Assembly (NCBI GenBank): GCA_944323195.1
Contig: CALURR010000122.1
Span: forward strand, 46 to 64,045
DNA from: Candidatus Gastranaerophilales bacterium
GTDB lineage: Bacteria > Cyanobacteriota > Vampirovibrionia > Gastranaerophilales > Gastranaerophilaceae
Direction of reading: 5' to 3'
DNA length: 64,000 nt
Positions 8,371-18,493 of this stretch are shown here, in pieces (within the stretch, counting starts at the first letter, position 1; each line of letters begins with the position of its first letter). The position numbers were made by a program, and so were the translations under genes. The notes beneath the pieces were generated by a model, which did not search any database, had not been told where the DNA came from, and was given only the letters and a program-made list of their open reading frames with translations.

Positions 8371-8913
8371 TTAAGAGCTAAATTTTCCATTTATTTTTGA
8401 AACAACATTTCCATCCGGATCTATTACATCAATAGGCACTACAGAAACAATGTCTTTTGATACTGGTTCCTTATTTAAATTATCACCTAAATTTTCAGCT
8501 GCATCTTTAACTTTATTTCCAAAATTCTTTGTAGCGTCAGAAGTTTTTGTTTTAAAATCTTCAAACGAGTTTTTAAATTTATTTTTTACAGATTGAACAT
8601 TCTCGGCAGCAAAAAAGTTTTTTATCTTTTTAAAAGCCGCATTAAAACTATCTTTGTTTAATTTGCCGCATTTAAAAGCACAAAATAATGTTGCACCAAG
8701 CCCCAATATAGAACTAATTGCAATAAACTTATCAATTTTTGCCCTTGTTTTGTATTTATTTACAAAATTATCAGTTTTTGTATTACTATTAATGCCACTA
8801 TAAGCATTTCCGGTGCGAATATATGCATTTAGTGAACCGCCCATGCCTAAAACGCGTCTTCCGCCGACGTCAGAAATTCTATTACCATACATACCATATA
8901 ATCCTTCAAACAT
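8371..8913 (-). CDS. hypothetical membrane protein
   Basis: Gly-rich N-terminus, one central hydrophobic helix (FIAISSILGLGATLFCAF) and a Lys-rich C-terminal half. The internal ATG at 8913 is chosen because the 9000 start would overlap the divergent gene at 8980. The start is uncertain. Confidence 0.45.
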   Translation of the reverse strand: MFEGLYGMYGNRISDVGGRRVLGMGGSLNAYIRTGNAYSGINSNTKTDNFVNKYKTRAKIDKFIAISSILGLGATLFCAFKCGKLNKDSFNAAFKKIKNFFAAENVQSVKNKFKNSFEDFKTKTSDATKNFGNKVKDAAENLGDNLNKEPVSKDIVSVVPIDVIDPDGNVVSKINGKFSS

Positions 8914-8979
8914 ATTATAATAAAGTATTTTTTTATTAAAAAATTGCCCATTTAAGAAAATATTTGTTATAAATTGTAA

Positions 8980-10557
8980 ATGAGGAAAATTAAAATACAT
9001 ATTTTTATTGCTACATTAACTTTTTTGATATTTTCCATTTTTTTATTCGGGAAAACAGGCAATCCCTTAATTGACTTTTCAAGAGAAATTTATATACCCT
9101 ATCAGTTATTAAATGGTGAAAAACTTCTAAAAAATATTTTTCAAATATATGGCTTTTGGGGATATTTTATTAATGAAATTTTATATAAAATTCTTCCGAA
9201 TTTTAAAATACTTCTTCTTGAAGCACACATATTATCATATTTTTGTATGGTAGGTTTCTACTTAATAGCAATCAACTACACAAAAAGAAACATTGCACTG
9301 ATATTTACATTATTTTTCATAAGTATAAATATTTTTTCCAATTCAATTTTTTCTTTTGTAATGCCTTATTCATACTCTATGCTATGGGCAATTTTAGCTT
9401 CAATATATATGTTCTATTTTTTAATCAAAAAAAAATATAAACTAATGTTTTTGTTTTTAGGCTTAATTTTTATAAATAGAATAGAATTATTCATTTTATT
9501 ATTCGGATTTACGTTTTCTTATCTAACAATTAAAAAAATAAAATATATAAAAAGCTTTCCATATTTGCTGATTTTCCCTTGTTTTAGTGCAATATATTTA
9601 ATCTTCAACAAAATAACTACAGAAGATATTATCAATAATTTTAAACTACTCAAAATAATGACAAACACAGAGGCAATTGAATGTTTATATAAATTAACAG
9701 GTGTATTTTTCTCAAAAACATTCTTCTTAAAAAGCCTCGAAGAATTAATAATATTTATTTTAACAATTGCAATAAGCTGCTTTTTATATAAAAAAAATTA
9801 CAAAATTGCATCAATTGGCTTTTTTGCAACAATAATGCTCATATTTAATCAAAACGGACATTTATTTTGCCTTGGTGCAATATTAACTGCAATACTTGCA
9901 ACAATAAATATTAAAAAACTAAAAGAAAAAGAGATTCTTATAGTTGTTTTCTCAATAATTCTTTCATCTAAAGCAATCTTCAACACAAGCTATCTTGGCT
10001 ATTCAAATTTTGGATATATATTTATACTTTTCAGTTGTTATATAATTTGTTCGAAATTTATCTCAAAAAAATATCTGACTTTAATAATTACTACCCTGTT
10101 GATTACACAAAATATTTCTAACATTCTATATTTTAAAACACATCCCAAATACAAAACAAAAACAAGCGGCATATATCTAACAAAAGATTTTAAAAATATT
10201 TTTGACAAAACAAATGAATTTATAACAAAAAACATAGATAAAAATGAAAATTTTATAGTACTTCCGGAAGGTCAAATTTTTAATTACATTCATAAAAAAC
10301 AATGGGGATTCTACAACTCCACTTTTACGCCTCTTGATTTTGAAACATTTGGAGATAAAAATCTAATAGAAAATTTAAAAAAACAACAACCGCAATATAT
10401 TATATTCTTTCCAAGAAACACTGTAGAATATGGAAAAGCACCAATATGCCATAATTATGGTGTTGATTTTTGCGTATATGTTATGGATAATTATACAAGA
10501 ATAGCAATTTTAGATGACACTTATAAGGTTTTAATTTTTAAGAAAAATGAAAAATAA
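8980..10557 (+). CDS. polytopic membrane protein, GT-C-fold glycosyltransferase-like (PMT_2/ArnT-like)
   Basis: About 12 hydrophobic segments followed by a soluble C-terminal domain of about 140 aa. The architecture resembles 44730-46598. The family assignment rests on pattern only. Confidence 0.5.
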   Translation: MRKIKIHIFIATLTFLIFSIFLFGKTGNPLIDFSREIYIPYQLLNGEKLLKNIFQIYGFWGYFINEILYKILPNFKILLLEAHILSYFCMVGFYLIAINYTKRNIALIFTLFFISINIFSNSIFSFVMPYSYSMLWAILASIYMFYFLIKKKYKLMFLFLGLIFINRIELFILLFGFTFSYLTIKKIKYIKSFPYLLIFPCFSAIYLIFNKITTEDIINNFKLLKIMTNTEAIECLYKLTGVFFSKTFFLKSLEELIIFILTIAISCFLYKKNYKIASIGFFATIMLIFNQNGHLFCLGAILTAILATINIKKLKEKEILIVVFSIILSSKAIFNTSYLGYSNFGYIFILFSCYIICSKFISKKYLTLIITTLLITQNISNILYFKTHPKYKTKTSGIYLTKDFKNIFDKTNEFITKNIDKNENFIVLPEGQIFNYIHKKQWGFYNSTFTPLDFETFGDKNLIENLKKQQPQYIIFFPRNTVEYGKAPICHNYGVDFCVYVMDNYTRIAILDDTYKVLIFKKNEK

Positions 10558-11851
10558 AGAAACAATAGGAATTTTGCAGTTTGGCTGCGCCAAAAATCTT
10601 GTCGATACGGAACTAATGATTGGTTTATTAGTTAAAAATGGCTATAAATACAGCCTTGATCCGGATAATGAAAATATAAAAACAGTTATAATTAATACTT
10701 GTTCTTTTATACATGATGCCGAAAAGGAAAGCATTAAAGCCATCATGGAAATGATAGCAAAAAATAAAAGGATAATACTAACAGGCTGTCTTGTTCAAAA
10801 ATATCAAGAACAGCTTGTGAAACTCTTGCCTGAAATAAAAAATTATATCGGTGTAAGCACATACGATAAAATAGTTGAAGCAATAGAAAACGAAAATTAT
10901 ATAAATATATCAGAAAAACCAAATTATTGCTACAGAGAAGATGTCAAAAGAGAGCAAATTACAGTTGGCTCATCAAGTTATATAAAAATAGCAGAAGGAT
11001 GCTATTATAACTGCGGATACTGCGTAATTCCGCAATTAAGAGGTTCATACAAATCAAGAAAAATCGAAAACATAGTAAACGAAGCAAAAGAACTGGCTAA
11101 AAAAGGCGTATCCGAAATTATTCTAATAGCACAAGATACAACAAGCTATGGTCTCGATTTATACAAAAAACCAATGCTGGCAACCCTTTTAAAAGAATTA
11201 AATAAAATCGAAAATCTTAACTGGATAAGAATAATGTATGCTTATCCGACTAATTTTAATGATGAATTAATCGATGCTATAGCTCAACTAGATAAAGTTG
11301 TAAAATATATAGACATACCGCTTCAACACTCTCATCCTGAAGTGTTAAAAAGAATGAAACGTCCTGCAATCGATTATGAAAAGTTTATTGAAAAAATAAG
11401 AAAAAAAATTAAAAATGTATCCATACGCACAAGCTTTATTGTAGGATACCCACAAGAATCTCAAGAAGAATTTGAACATTTATGTAATTTTGTAAAAAAA
11501 GTAAAATTTGATAAAGTTGGGGTTTTTGCATATTCAAGAGAAAAAAATACATATGCATACAGCCTAAAACCGCAAATTAAAGCCGTTGTAAAAAACAAAA
11601 GAAAAAGAGAATTAATGAAAATTCAAAAAGAAATTTCATTAAATATAAATAAAGACTTCATAAAAAAAACAATTCCGTGTATAATAGAAGAACTCCACTC
11701 TGATGGAAAAATCATAGCTAGAAGTTATAAAGATGCACCCGAAGTAGACGGTCTTGTATATATAAAATCAAAAGAATACTTAACACCGGGCGACATTGTA
11801 GACGTTAAAATAACAAAAGCAACATGCTATGACTTATACGGCGTGGTATAA
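10547..11851 (+). CDS. rimO: ribosomal protein S12 methylthiotransferase RimO
   Basis: UPF0004 N-terminal domain (GCAKNLVDTE), radical-SAM CYYNCGYCVIP motif and a C-terminal TRAM domain. Overlaps the upstream gene by 11 nt. Confidence 0.9.
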   Translation: MKNKETIGILQFGCAKNLVDTELMIGLLVKNGYKYSLDPDNENIKTVIINTCSFIHDAEKESIKAIMEMIAKNKRIILTGCLVQKYQEQLVKLLPEIKNYIGVSTYDKIVEAIENENYINISEKPNYCYREDVKREQITVGSSSYIKIAEGCYYNCGYCVIPQLRGSYKSRKIENIVNEAKELAKKGVSEIILIAQDTTSYGLDLYKKPMLATLLKELNKIENLNWIRIMYAYPTNFNDELIDAIAQLDKVVKYIDIPLQHSHPEVLKRMKRPAIDYEKFIEKIRKKIKNVSIRTSFIVGYPQESQEEFEHLCNFVKKVKFDKVGVFAYSREKNTYAYSLKPQIKAVVKNKRKRELMKIQKEISLNINKDFIKKTIPCIIEELHSDGKIIARSYKDAPEVDGLVYIKSKEYLTPGDIVDVKITKATCYDLYGVV

Positions 11852-11886
11852 TGTAATAAAGAGATATTAGTTAATCGAGAGCAGTC

Positions 11887-12291
11887 ATGCAAAAAAAAAC
11901 AAAAACGGAATCTATCGACACAAAATTAGCAATTTTACCCATAAGTTCTGTAGCTCAATCACTCAATATTCATCAAAGAACATTGAGAATATATGATAAA
12001 GAAGGTATTTTATCACCAAATAGAAGTGACAAAAACCGTAGAAACTACAGCATTGACGACTTAGAAAAAGCTAAACTTGTTTTATTTTTAACCAGAAATT
12101 TGGCACTTAATCTTTCAGGAGTTAAAATTATTTTAGCAATTTTAGAAGAAAATAAAATTGAGCCAAAAGACTACTTGAAATACATAAACAAAGTTGCAAA
12201 ATTAGCAAAAATAAATCAAGCAATGCAAGAAAACAACCTAGAAAAATCTTCCAACAGAGGAAGAAAGGCTAAAGTTAAAGAAGAAAAATAA
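11887..12291 (+). CDS. MerR family transcriptional regulator (HspR-like)
   Basis: HTH segment ISSVAQSLNIHQRTLRIYDKEGILSPNRSDKNRRNYSIDDL is typical of MerR/HspR. Confidence 0.8.
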   Translation: MQKKTKTESIDTKLAILPISSVAQSLNIHQRTLRIYDKEGILSPNRSDKNRRNYSIDDLEKAKLVLFLTRNLALNLSGVKIILAILEENKIEPKDYLKYINKVAKLAKINQAMQENNLEKSSNRGRKAKVKEEK

Positions 12292-12293
12292 TT

Positions 12294-13172
12294 TTACTTT
12301 TCTATGATTTTCTTATATGACTCATACGCCTTATAAGAACTTCTTGCAAGAGGAGCAGCAACGGGTAGAATTTTTGTATATTTCTTGATAAAGTCTTCAA
12401 TTAAAGAATATTCATCAAGAGCGTAGTATTTTTTAACCTCAAGATGTTTTTTTGAGGGCTGAATGTACTGTCCAATTGTAACTATATCAAGTCCAACATT
12501 ATCAAGATTTATAATCAGTTCTTCAATTTCTTCTTTTGATTCACCCAAACCAAGCATAAATCCGGATTTAGTAATCATATTTTTATCTTTTGCATATTTT
12601 AAAACTTCAAGAGTGCAATCGTAATTCGCCATAGATCTGGCTATAGGATAAAGTCTTTTTATAGTTTCAATATTGTGATTGAATACATCAGGCTTTTGTT
12701 TAATCACTCTATCAAGCGCAATATGATTACCTTTAAAATCAGGTATCAAGACTTCAATTTTAACATCAGGATTTAATTTCCTAACTTCTTCAATTGTTTT
12801 TTCGTAATGAATTGAACCATAGTCATTGTTTTCTTTTAAATCATCCCTTGTAACTGAAGTTATAACGCAATATTTTAAATTTAATTCTTTAACAGCCAAA
12901 GCAACATTATATGGCTCATTTTCATCTAAGCCCAAAGGAGTTTTTTGAGAAATATTACAAAAAGCACAATTTCTTGTACAAGTATCACCTAAAATTAAAA
13001 AAGTTGCAGTCTTTGATGAATAGCATTCACACTTGTTCGGACACCTTGCACCATCGCAAACAGTATGAAGATTGTTTTTAGAAATTATTTTTTTAACTGT
13101 CTGAAATTCCTTATTATCCAAAGAAGGTATTTTGGTTTTTAAATATTCAGGCAATCTTAATCTATTTACCAT
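12294..13172 (-). CDS. lipA: lipoyl synthase
   Basis: Auxiliary cluster motif CDGARCPNKCEC and radical-SAM motif CTRNCAFC. The length (292 aa) fits. Confidence 0.93.
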   Translation of the reverse strand: MVNRLRLPEYLKTKIPSLDNKEFQTVKKIISKNNLHTVCDGARCPNKCECYSSKTATFLILGDTCTRNCAFCNISQKTPLGLDENEPYNVALAVKELNLKYCVITSVTRDDLKENNDYGSIHYEKTIEEVRKLNPDVKIEVLIPDFKGNHIALDRVIKQKPDVFNHNIETIKRLYPIARSMANYDCTLEVLKYAKDKNMITKSGFMLGLGESKEEIEELIINLDNVGLDIVTIGQYIQPSKKHLEVKKYYALDEYSLIEDFIKKYTKILPVAAPLARSSYKAYESYKKIIEK

Positions 13173-14481
13173 TTTTTAATACCTCACAAACAACCTCAGC
13201 AAAGCTTGGATGAGGGAAAATTATATCTTCAATTTCATCAATTGGAACTTTTTTATCAATTAAAATATTAAAAATTGAAATTAATAAATCAGCATCTTTT
13301 GAAACAACATGGGCACCTATTATCAAATTATTTTTTATAATAACTTTTACAAGTCCATCGCTGGCATTATCACACCAAGACTTAGCGATTGAAGTTACTA
13401 AAAGTTTTTTAATAATATATTCATCTTTATTTTCAATGTCTTGCTCTTTTAAACCAACACTTGCAATCTCAGGAAACATATATACAACAGAAGGAATTTG
13501 TTTTTTTACTATAGGCTTATTAAATAGTATTTTATTCATGACACTTCTTGCTTGAAAACTTGCAGCATGAGCAAGCATCATTTCTTTATTTGCATCTCCT
13601 ATAACAAACAAATTATCAAAATCTGTTGAATAATCGCTATATGTTTTTAACATATAATTTTCTTGACAACCGGAAATTAAAATATTAGGTAATATTGGCT
13701 CTCTGCCAACACAACACAAAACTAAATCAACATCAAACGAAGTTTCGGAATTTAAAATAATGGTATTGTTTTTAATTTCTTTAATATAATCATTTTTATA
13801 AAAATCGATATTATTTGCCTTTAAAATTCTTTCAATTCGTTTTTGAATGTCAATATCAAGTGCAGGTGCAATTGATTGGGCTTTTTCAATTAATTTAACC
13901 TCGACATTTAATGATGAAAAAATCATAGCCCATTCAAGTCCAATTGCGCCAGAACCAACGATTGCAATAGACTTAGGCAAAGTTGTTAATTTATATAAAT
14001 CATCAGAACTTATGATAAAATCATGATCAAATTCTAATCCTTTGACTTCAAATGGTTTAGAACCTGTAGCAATTATAATATTCTTTGCCTGATAATAATT
14101 ATCATCAGCACAAATTTGTATTTCGTTATCAATTACACATATTTCAGCCCTTGATTTTACAAGAGTAATCTTTCTTTTTAATGAAGGTTCTAAAACCTTA
14201 TTGAATTTTGAAACAATATCAATTTTTCTTTCTAAAATTTTATGCCAATTAAAATTAGGCGAAGAAAATAATTGTATTCCAAGTTTATCAGCCTGTTTTA
14301 ATTCATTTAATAAATTTGTACAATGCAAAATTGCTTTTGTAGGTATACACCCCTGATTTAAACAAGTTCCGCCAAGTTCATTTTCTTCAAACGCAATAAC
14401 ATTCAAATTATTTTTTAATGCAATATCACAAGCTTCTAATCCAGCAGGACCCAAACCAATTATAGCTAAATCATACATCAT
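13162..14481 (-). CDS. lpdA: dihydrolipoyl dehydrogenase-like flavoprotein disulfide reductase
   Basis: GLGPAG FAD motif, redox disulfide GGTCLNQGCIPTK and a C-terminal HPSFAEV dimerisation/His-Glu motif. ATGA overlap with the upstream gene and 11-nt overlap with lipA. Confidence 0.8.
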   Translation of the reverse strand: MMYDLAIIGLGPAGLEACDIALKNNLNVIAFEENELGGTCLNQGCIPTKAILHCTNLLNELKQADKLGIQLFSSPNFNWHKILERKIDIVSKFNKVLEPSLKRKITLVKSRAEICVIDNEIQICADDNYYQAKNIIIATGSKPFEVKGLEFDHDFIISSDDLYKLTTLPKSIAIVGSGAIGLEWAMIFSSLNVEVKLIEKAQSIAPALDIDIQKRIERILKANNIDFYKNDYIKEIKNNTIILNSETSFDVDLVLCCVGREPILPNILISGCQENYMLKTYSDYSTDFDNLFVIGDANKEMMLAHAASFQARSVMNKILFNKPIVKKQIPSVVYMFPEIASVGLKEQDIENKDEYIIKKLLVTSIAKSWCDNASDGLVKVIIKNNLIIGAHVVSKDADLLISIFNILIDKKVPIDEIEDIIFPHPSFAEVVCEVLKNGK

Positions 14482-15614
14482 TTACACTCCAAACATTTTT
14501 TATTAATTATAGAACTAACTATATCATTTGCAACTACATAAGCGCCAGACCAACAATTTTGCAGATTAAACCCTCCGCAAAAGCCATCAATATTCATAAT
14601 TTCACCACAAAACCATAAATTATCTATAATTTTGGATTTGCAATTTTTATCAAGTTCATCTAGGTCAACTCCGCCGGCATTAACAATTTCACCATCAATA
14701 GCACAGGATAGTACCTTTAATCTTAATTTTGAATATGAAATCATTTTTTCTTTAGAAACCTCAGCCGCCTTTTTATTTTCAGTCCCAACTTGAACCATAG
14801 CTAAAGATTTAGGAATAAATTCACAAACAAGATTAACAATAGACTTTTTTGGAAATTTCTTAGACAATTCGATTAAATTGTCCGGCTCAAAAAGTCGTAT
14901 ATTAATCTCATAAGGAAATTCTTTATACGCATTAACAGATGAAATTTTGAAAATTAAAGGTCCTGAGACACCATCATTTGTAAATATAAAATCACCGTCC
15001 AAAGATTTAACACTAACACCTTTTGGATATTTTGAAGCATTTTCAATTTTCAAAGCACACAGTGCTTTTTTAAAATCAATACAGGTATGAGAAAAACTCT
15101 TAATTAATTCTTTGGTTCCTCTTGAACCACAAGAAATAATGATTTTATCATAACCCAATAAATCGCTTTGAGAATTTATTTTTTTATTTATGAATCTAAT
15201 GTTTTTAAAAGTTCGCAATTTATTCAATAATTTATCTTTAACATATTTTGAACTTTGCGCAACGGGAAAAACCCTATTATCATCTTCTATACAAGTATCA
15301 ACACCAATTGATTTAAAAAATTCGATACTATCAAAATTAGAATGCCTAAAAAACAAAGAATATAAAAATTTTTCACCTCTGGGATAATTTTTTACAAAAT
15401 CTCTAACATCCTCAATGGCATTAGTAATGTTGCATCTACCGTTTCCTGTTGGTAAAATAGTTCTTAAAATTTGACCTTTATCAATTAAATCCAATCTATA
15501 ATTTTGAAAGTTATTTTGTTCAAACAAATTTAAAATATTTATTGCACAATAAACGCCACAAGGCCCTGCGCCAACTATAGCAATTTTAATTTTATTTTGG
15601 CAAAACTGTTCCAT
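14478..15614 (-). CDS. HI0933/BaiN-like FAD-binding protein (aminoacetone oxidase family)
   Basis: IAIVGAGPCG and the NGRCNITN motif are characteristic of the HI0933 family. The ATG at 15614 (MEQFCQNKIKIAIVGAG) is preferred to 15650. Either start overlaps the folK 3-prime end. Confidence 0.75.
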   Translation of the reverse strand: MEQFCQNKIKIAIVGAGPCGVYCAINILNLFEQNNFQNYRLDLIDKGQILRTILPTGNGRCNITNAIEDVRDFVKNYPRGEKFLYSLFFRHSNFDSIEFFKSIGVDTCIEDDNRVFPVAQSSKYVKDKLLNKLRTFKNIRFINKKINSQSDLLGYDKIIISCGSRGTKELIKSFSHTCIDFKKALCALKIENASKYPKGVSVKSLDGDFIFTNDGVSGPLIFKISSVNAYKEFPYEINIRLFEPDNLIELSKKFPKKSIVNLVCEFIPKSLAMVQVGTENKKAAEVSKEKMISYSKLRLKVLSCAIDGEIVNAGGVDLDELDKNCKSKIIDNLWFCGEIMNIDGFCGGFNLQNCWSGAYVVANDIVSSIINKKCLECK

Positions 15615-16095
15615 ACAAAAAAACATCCTCAGGATTTTGCAATTCATCATATAGTTCTGAAATAGTCTTATTATAAACAGGGTGAACTAAATCAGATTTT
15701 ACTTCGAGCATAGGAACAAGAACAAAAGCTCTTTCATGCATAAAAGGATGAGGAATAGTTAAAACATCACCATTAGAAATAATCTTATCGTCATACATAA
15801 GTATATCTATATCAATTATTCTTTGACCCCATTTTTGCGATTGCACTCTGCCTAACTTTAATTCAATAGTTTTACAATACTCCAACAGCTCCATAGGAGT
15901 ATATTCGGTATCAATAGCTAATGCCGCATTAACAAACCAGTTTTGGTTTTTATTTCCCCAGGGCTCAGTTTCATAAAAAGATGAGGTTTTAATAACTTTG
16001 ATTTTATCACTCATATTAAGCAGACCAACCGCATGCTGTATATTTGCTGCTCTATCATCCATATTTGAACCGACAGATAAAAAAACTCTTGCCAT
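15592..16095 (-). CDS. folK: 2-amino-4-hydroxy-6-hydroxymethyldihydropteridine diphosphokinase
   Basis: SVGSNMDDR, ETEPWG, RIIDIDIL and IPHP motifs. Strong SD (GAGGA). Confidence 0.9.
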   Translation of the reverse strand: MARVFLSVGSNMDDRAANIQHAVGLLNMSDKIKVIKTSSFYETEPWGNKNQNWFVNAALAIDTEYTPMELLEYCKTIELKLGRVQSQKWGQRIIDIDILMYDDKIISNGDVLTIPHPFMHERAFVLVPMLEVKSDLVHPVYNKTISELYDELQNPEDVFLYGTVLPK

Positions 16096-16120
16096 TTAAT
16101 ATTATTCCTCAGTTATATAT

Positions 16121-16149
16121 TTAACATTTTATAATTCTTTTGTTATAAT
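16121..16149 (+). promoter_or_regulatory. candidate sigma70-type promoter for ftsH
   Basis: TTAACA (16121-16126), 17-nt spacer, TATAAT (16144-16149), about 30 nt upstream of the ftsH ATG. Confidence 0.45.
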
Positions 16150-16179
16150 ATCAATATAATAGTTTTTCAAGAGGAGTCT

Positions 16180-18096
16180 ATGAACAAAAATCAATCAACG
16201 GGCATCATTGTAATAGTTGCTATTATTTTGATAGCTTTACTTTCAATAGCTTTTGAAGGCCCGCAAACATCCACAAGTGAAATATCTTACACACAATTTT
16301 TAAACAAAGTTCAAATGGGTTCAATAGAAAGTGTTGTTATATCTAAAGACACTCTTATTGCAACTCCCAAAGAATCAACAGAAAACAAAACAACACAAGA
16401 AAAAACAAAACAAAACGACAATCAAGCAAAAACTACAAATCCATTAAATATTAACAAAATTCAAGCAAAAACACCAAAAACTCAATACAGAGTCGAAATA
16501 CCAAATAATGACGAAGACTTATACGATGTGCTTAAAGACTCAAATGTTGAAATAAACATCCAAAAACCACAAGATGGCTCTTGGATGAGTATTTTAGGCA
16601 CAGTTATTATACCAATTGTGTTTGTTGCAATTATGATTATATTAATCCTAAAAGGAATTCAACAAACAGGCTCATCAGCGCTTAATTTCGGCAAATCAAA
16701 AGCAAAACTGCTTGCTGATGACAAAGTTAAAATAACATTTAAAGATGTTGCAGGGATTGACGAAGAACGTCAAGAACTGGAAGAAATTGTGGATTTTATA
16801 AAAAACAGTGAAAAATACACAAAATTAGGCGCAAAAATTCCAAAAGGCGTACTTTTAGTTGGTGCTCCCGGAACAGGTAAAACACTTATGGCAAAAGCTG
16901 TTGCAGGCGAAGCTGGTGTACCGTTTTTCTCAATATCAGGTTCAGATTTTGTTGAAATGTTTGTCGGTGTTGGGGCAAGCAGGGTTCGTGACCTTTTTGA
17001 ACAAGCAAAAAAACATCAACCTTGTATGATTTTTATTGATGAAATAGACGCAGTAGGTCGTCAAAGAGGCGCTGGTATGGGCGGCGGTCATGATGAACGC
17101 GAACAAACCCTAAATCAATTATTGGTTGAAATGGATGGCTTTGATGAAAATACCAATATCATTGTAATTGCCGCAACAAATAGACCTGACATCCTTGATA
17201 GCGCATTATTAAGACCTGGACGCTTTGATAGACAAATTTATGTTAATGAACCCGACGTTAAAGGCAGAGAAGAAATCTTACAAGTACACGCCAAAAATAA
17301 AAAACTGGCTCCTGACGTTGATTTAAAAGCACTAGCTAAAAGAGTTCCAGGGTTTACCGGTGCAGATTTAAAAAATCTTTTAAATGAGGCAGCTCTATTA
17401 GCAGCAAGAAACGATGGCGAAGTTATCACAATGGACGATATAGATAAATCAATAGATAGGGTTATAGCAGGCATAGAAAAGAAATCAACAGTTCTAACAC
17501 AAGAAGACAAAGAAAGAACAAGCTACCACGAAGCTGGGCATGCGGTTATTTTAAAACTTCTTGAAGACTGCGAAGAAGTGCAAAAAATATCTATCATCCC
17601 TAGAGGAAGGGCTCTTGGGCTAACTTGGTATACACCAAAGGATGATTCTAAACATCAAACAAAAAGAAAATTATTAGCTCATATTACCGATTTATTAGGC
17701 GGCAGAGTAGCAGAAGAATTGGTATATGGAGATAATGTATCAACAGGTGCTTCCAATGATATGCAAAGAGCAACAAAAATCGCAAGAAAAATGGTTAGCC
17801 AATGGGGAATGTCAGACAAAATGGGCAGCATGACATATGGTGAACCGCAAGAACATGTTTTTATGGGTCGTGATTTTGGCCAAACAAAAGACTACTCAGA
17901 GCAAGTTGCATATGAACTGGACACAGAAGTTAAAAAAATAATAGATGAAAAATATCTTCTTGCAAAACGCATTTTAACAGAAAATAGAGATATTTTAAAC
18001 GAACTTGCAATGTCATTATTAGAGCATGAAACAATTAGCGCAGAAGAATTTGACGAAATTATAGAAAAAGTTAAGCAAAGACGAGAAAACGCTTAA
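16180..18096 (+). CDS. ftsH: ATP-dependent zinc metalloprotease FtsH
   Basis: N-terminal TM helix, AAA Walker A GAPGTGKT, Walker B IFIDEID, SRH region, and HEAGH zinc motif. Confidence 0.97.
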   Translation: MNKNQSTGIIVIVAIILIALLSIAFEGPQTSTSEISYTQFLNKVQMGSIESVVISKDTLIATPKESTENKTTQEKTKQNDNQAKTTNPLNINKIQAKTPKTQYRVEIPNNDEDLYDVLKDSNVEINIQKPQDGSWMSILGTVIIPIVFVAIMIILILKGIQQTGSSALNFGKSKAKLLADDKVKITFKDVAGIDEERQELEEIVDFIKNSEKYTKLGAKIPKGVLLVGAPGTGKTLMAKAVAGEAGVPFFSISGSDFVEMFVGVGASRVRDLFEQAKKHQPCMIFIDEIDAVGRQRGAGMGGGHDEREQTLNQLLVEMDGFDENTNIIVIAATNRPDILDSALLRPGRFDRQIYVNEPDVKGREEILQVHAKNKKLAPDVDLKALAKRVPGFTGADLKNLLNEAALLAARNDGEVITMDDIDKSIDRVIAGIEKKSTVLTQEDKERTSYHEAGHAVILKLLEDCEEVQKISIIPRGRALGLTWYTPKDDSKHQTKRKLLAHITDLLGGRVAEELVYGDNVSTGASNDMQRATKIARKMVSQWGMSDKMGSMTYGEPQEHVFMGRDFGQTKDYSEQVAYELDTEVKKIIDEKYLLAKRILTENRDILNELAMSLLEHETISAEEFDEIIEKVKQRRENA

Positions 18097-18114
18097 AATA
18101 GACAATATTATATA

Positions 18115-18145
18115 AAAACCCGCTTATTAAAAAAGCGGGTTTTTT
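18115..18145 (+). terminator. rho-independent terminator of ftsH
   Basis: aaaaCCCGCTT / AAGCGGGtttt stem (18115-18143) with a T-run. Confidence 0.85.
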
Positions 18146-18241
18146 AATAACTTTTGTAACAAATAACCCGCAAAAGCTAAAGAAAAAAAGCAAAATACCG
18201 TTAATTAATAAAGGTAAGAGTATGTTAGTGAGTGAAACATC

Positions 18242-18493
18242 ATGATTAACTTTAACAGCGGGGATTATTACCAATACTTCAGAGCAAACCAACAAGACTA
18301 CAGCGCTCAACCAAACAAAAAACCAAATGTACTAACCAATCAAGAAGCAAACCAGCTTCAAGAAGAAATTTTAGAATTTCATTCTTCTAAAAACTCCAAC
18401 AAAGCCGTACAAGAAGCCACATCAACCTTGCTGGATGAAGATTTAGCAAATGAAGTAGCCAATGCACTAGGCAACAATGAATGGTTCGCTTAA
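18242..18493 (+). CDS. hypothetical protein (83 aa)
   Basis: ORF with a weak SD. Polar, Gln/Asn-rich, no domain recognised. Its stop overlaps the stop of the convergent gene by 4 nt. Confidence 0.4.
   Translation: MINFNSGDYYQYFRANQQDYSAQPNKKPNVLTNQEANQLQEEILEFHSSKNSNKAVQEATSTLLDEDLANEVANALGNNEWFA

Noticed and set aside
8914-9000. Long N-terminal extensions in the ORF track that use upstream TTG/GTG or distant ATG starts: 703, 2476, 9000, 15650, 22873, 28884, 31790, 35907, 40413, 44200, 51304, 53607, 61772, 61845, 63151.
   Set aside because: In each case an internal ATG matches the N-termini of known family members, restores a signal peptide, has a better SD, or removes an implausible overlap with a neighbouring gene. 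The start calls remain predictions.
11891-11899. A9 homopolymer immediately after the start codon of the MerR/HspR-like regulator, as a possible phase-variation switch.
   Set aside because: A/T runs of 7-9 nt occur throughout this AT-rich window, for example at 6631-6637, in sbcC and in several spacers. There is no evidence this one is special.
18071-18310. 79-aa minus-strand ORF spanning the ftsH terminator region.
   Set aside because: It runs through the ftsH terminator hairpin and overlaps the ftsH 3-prime end. The plus-strand ORF 18242-18493 is a somewhat better, though still weak, candidate.
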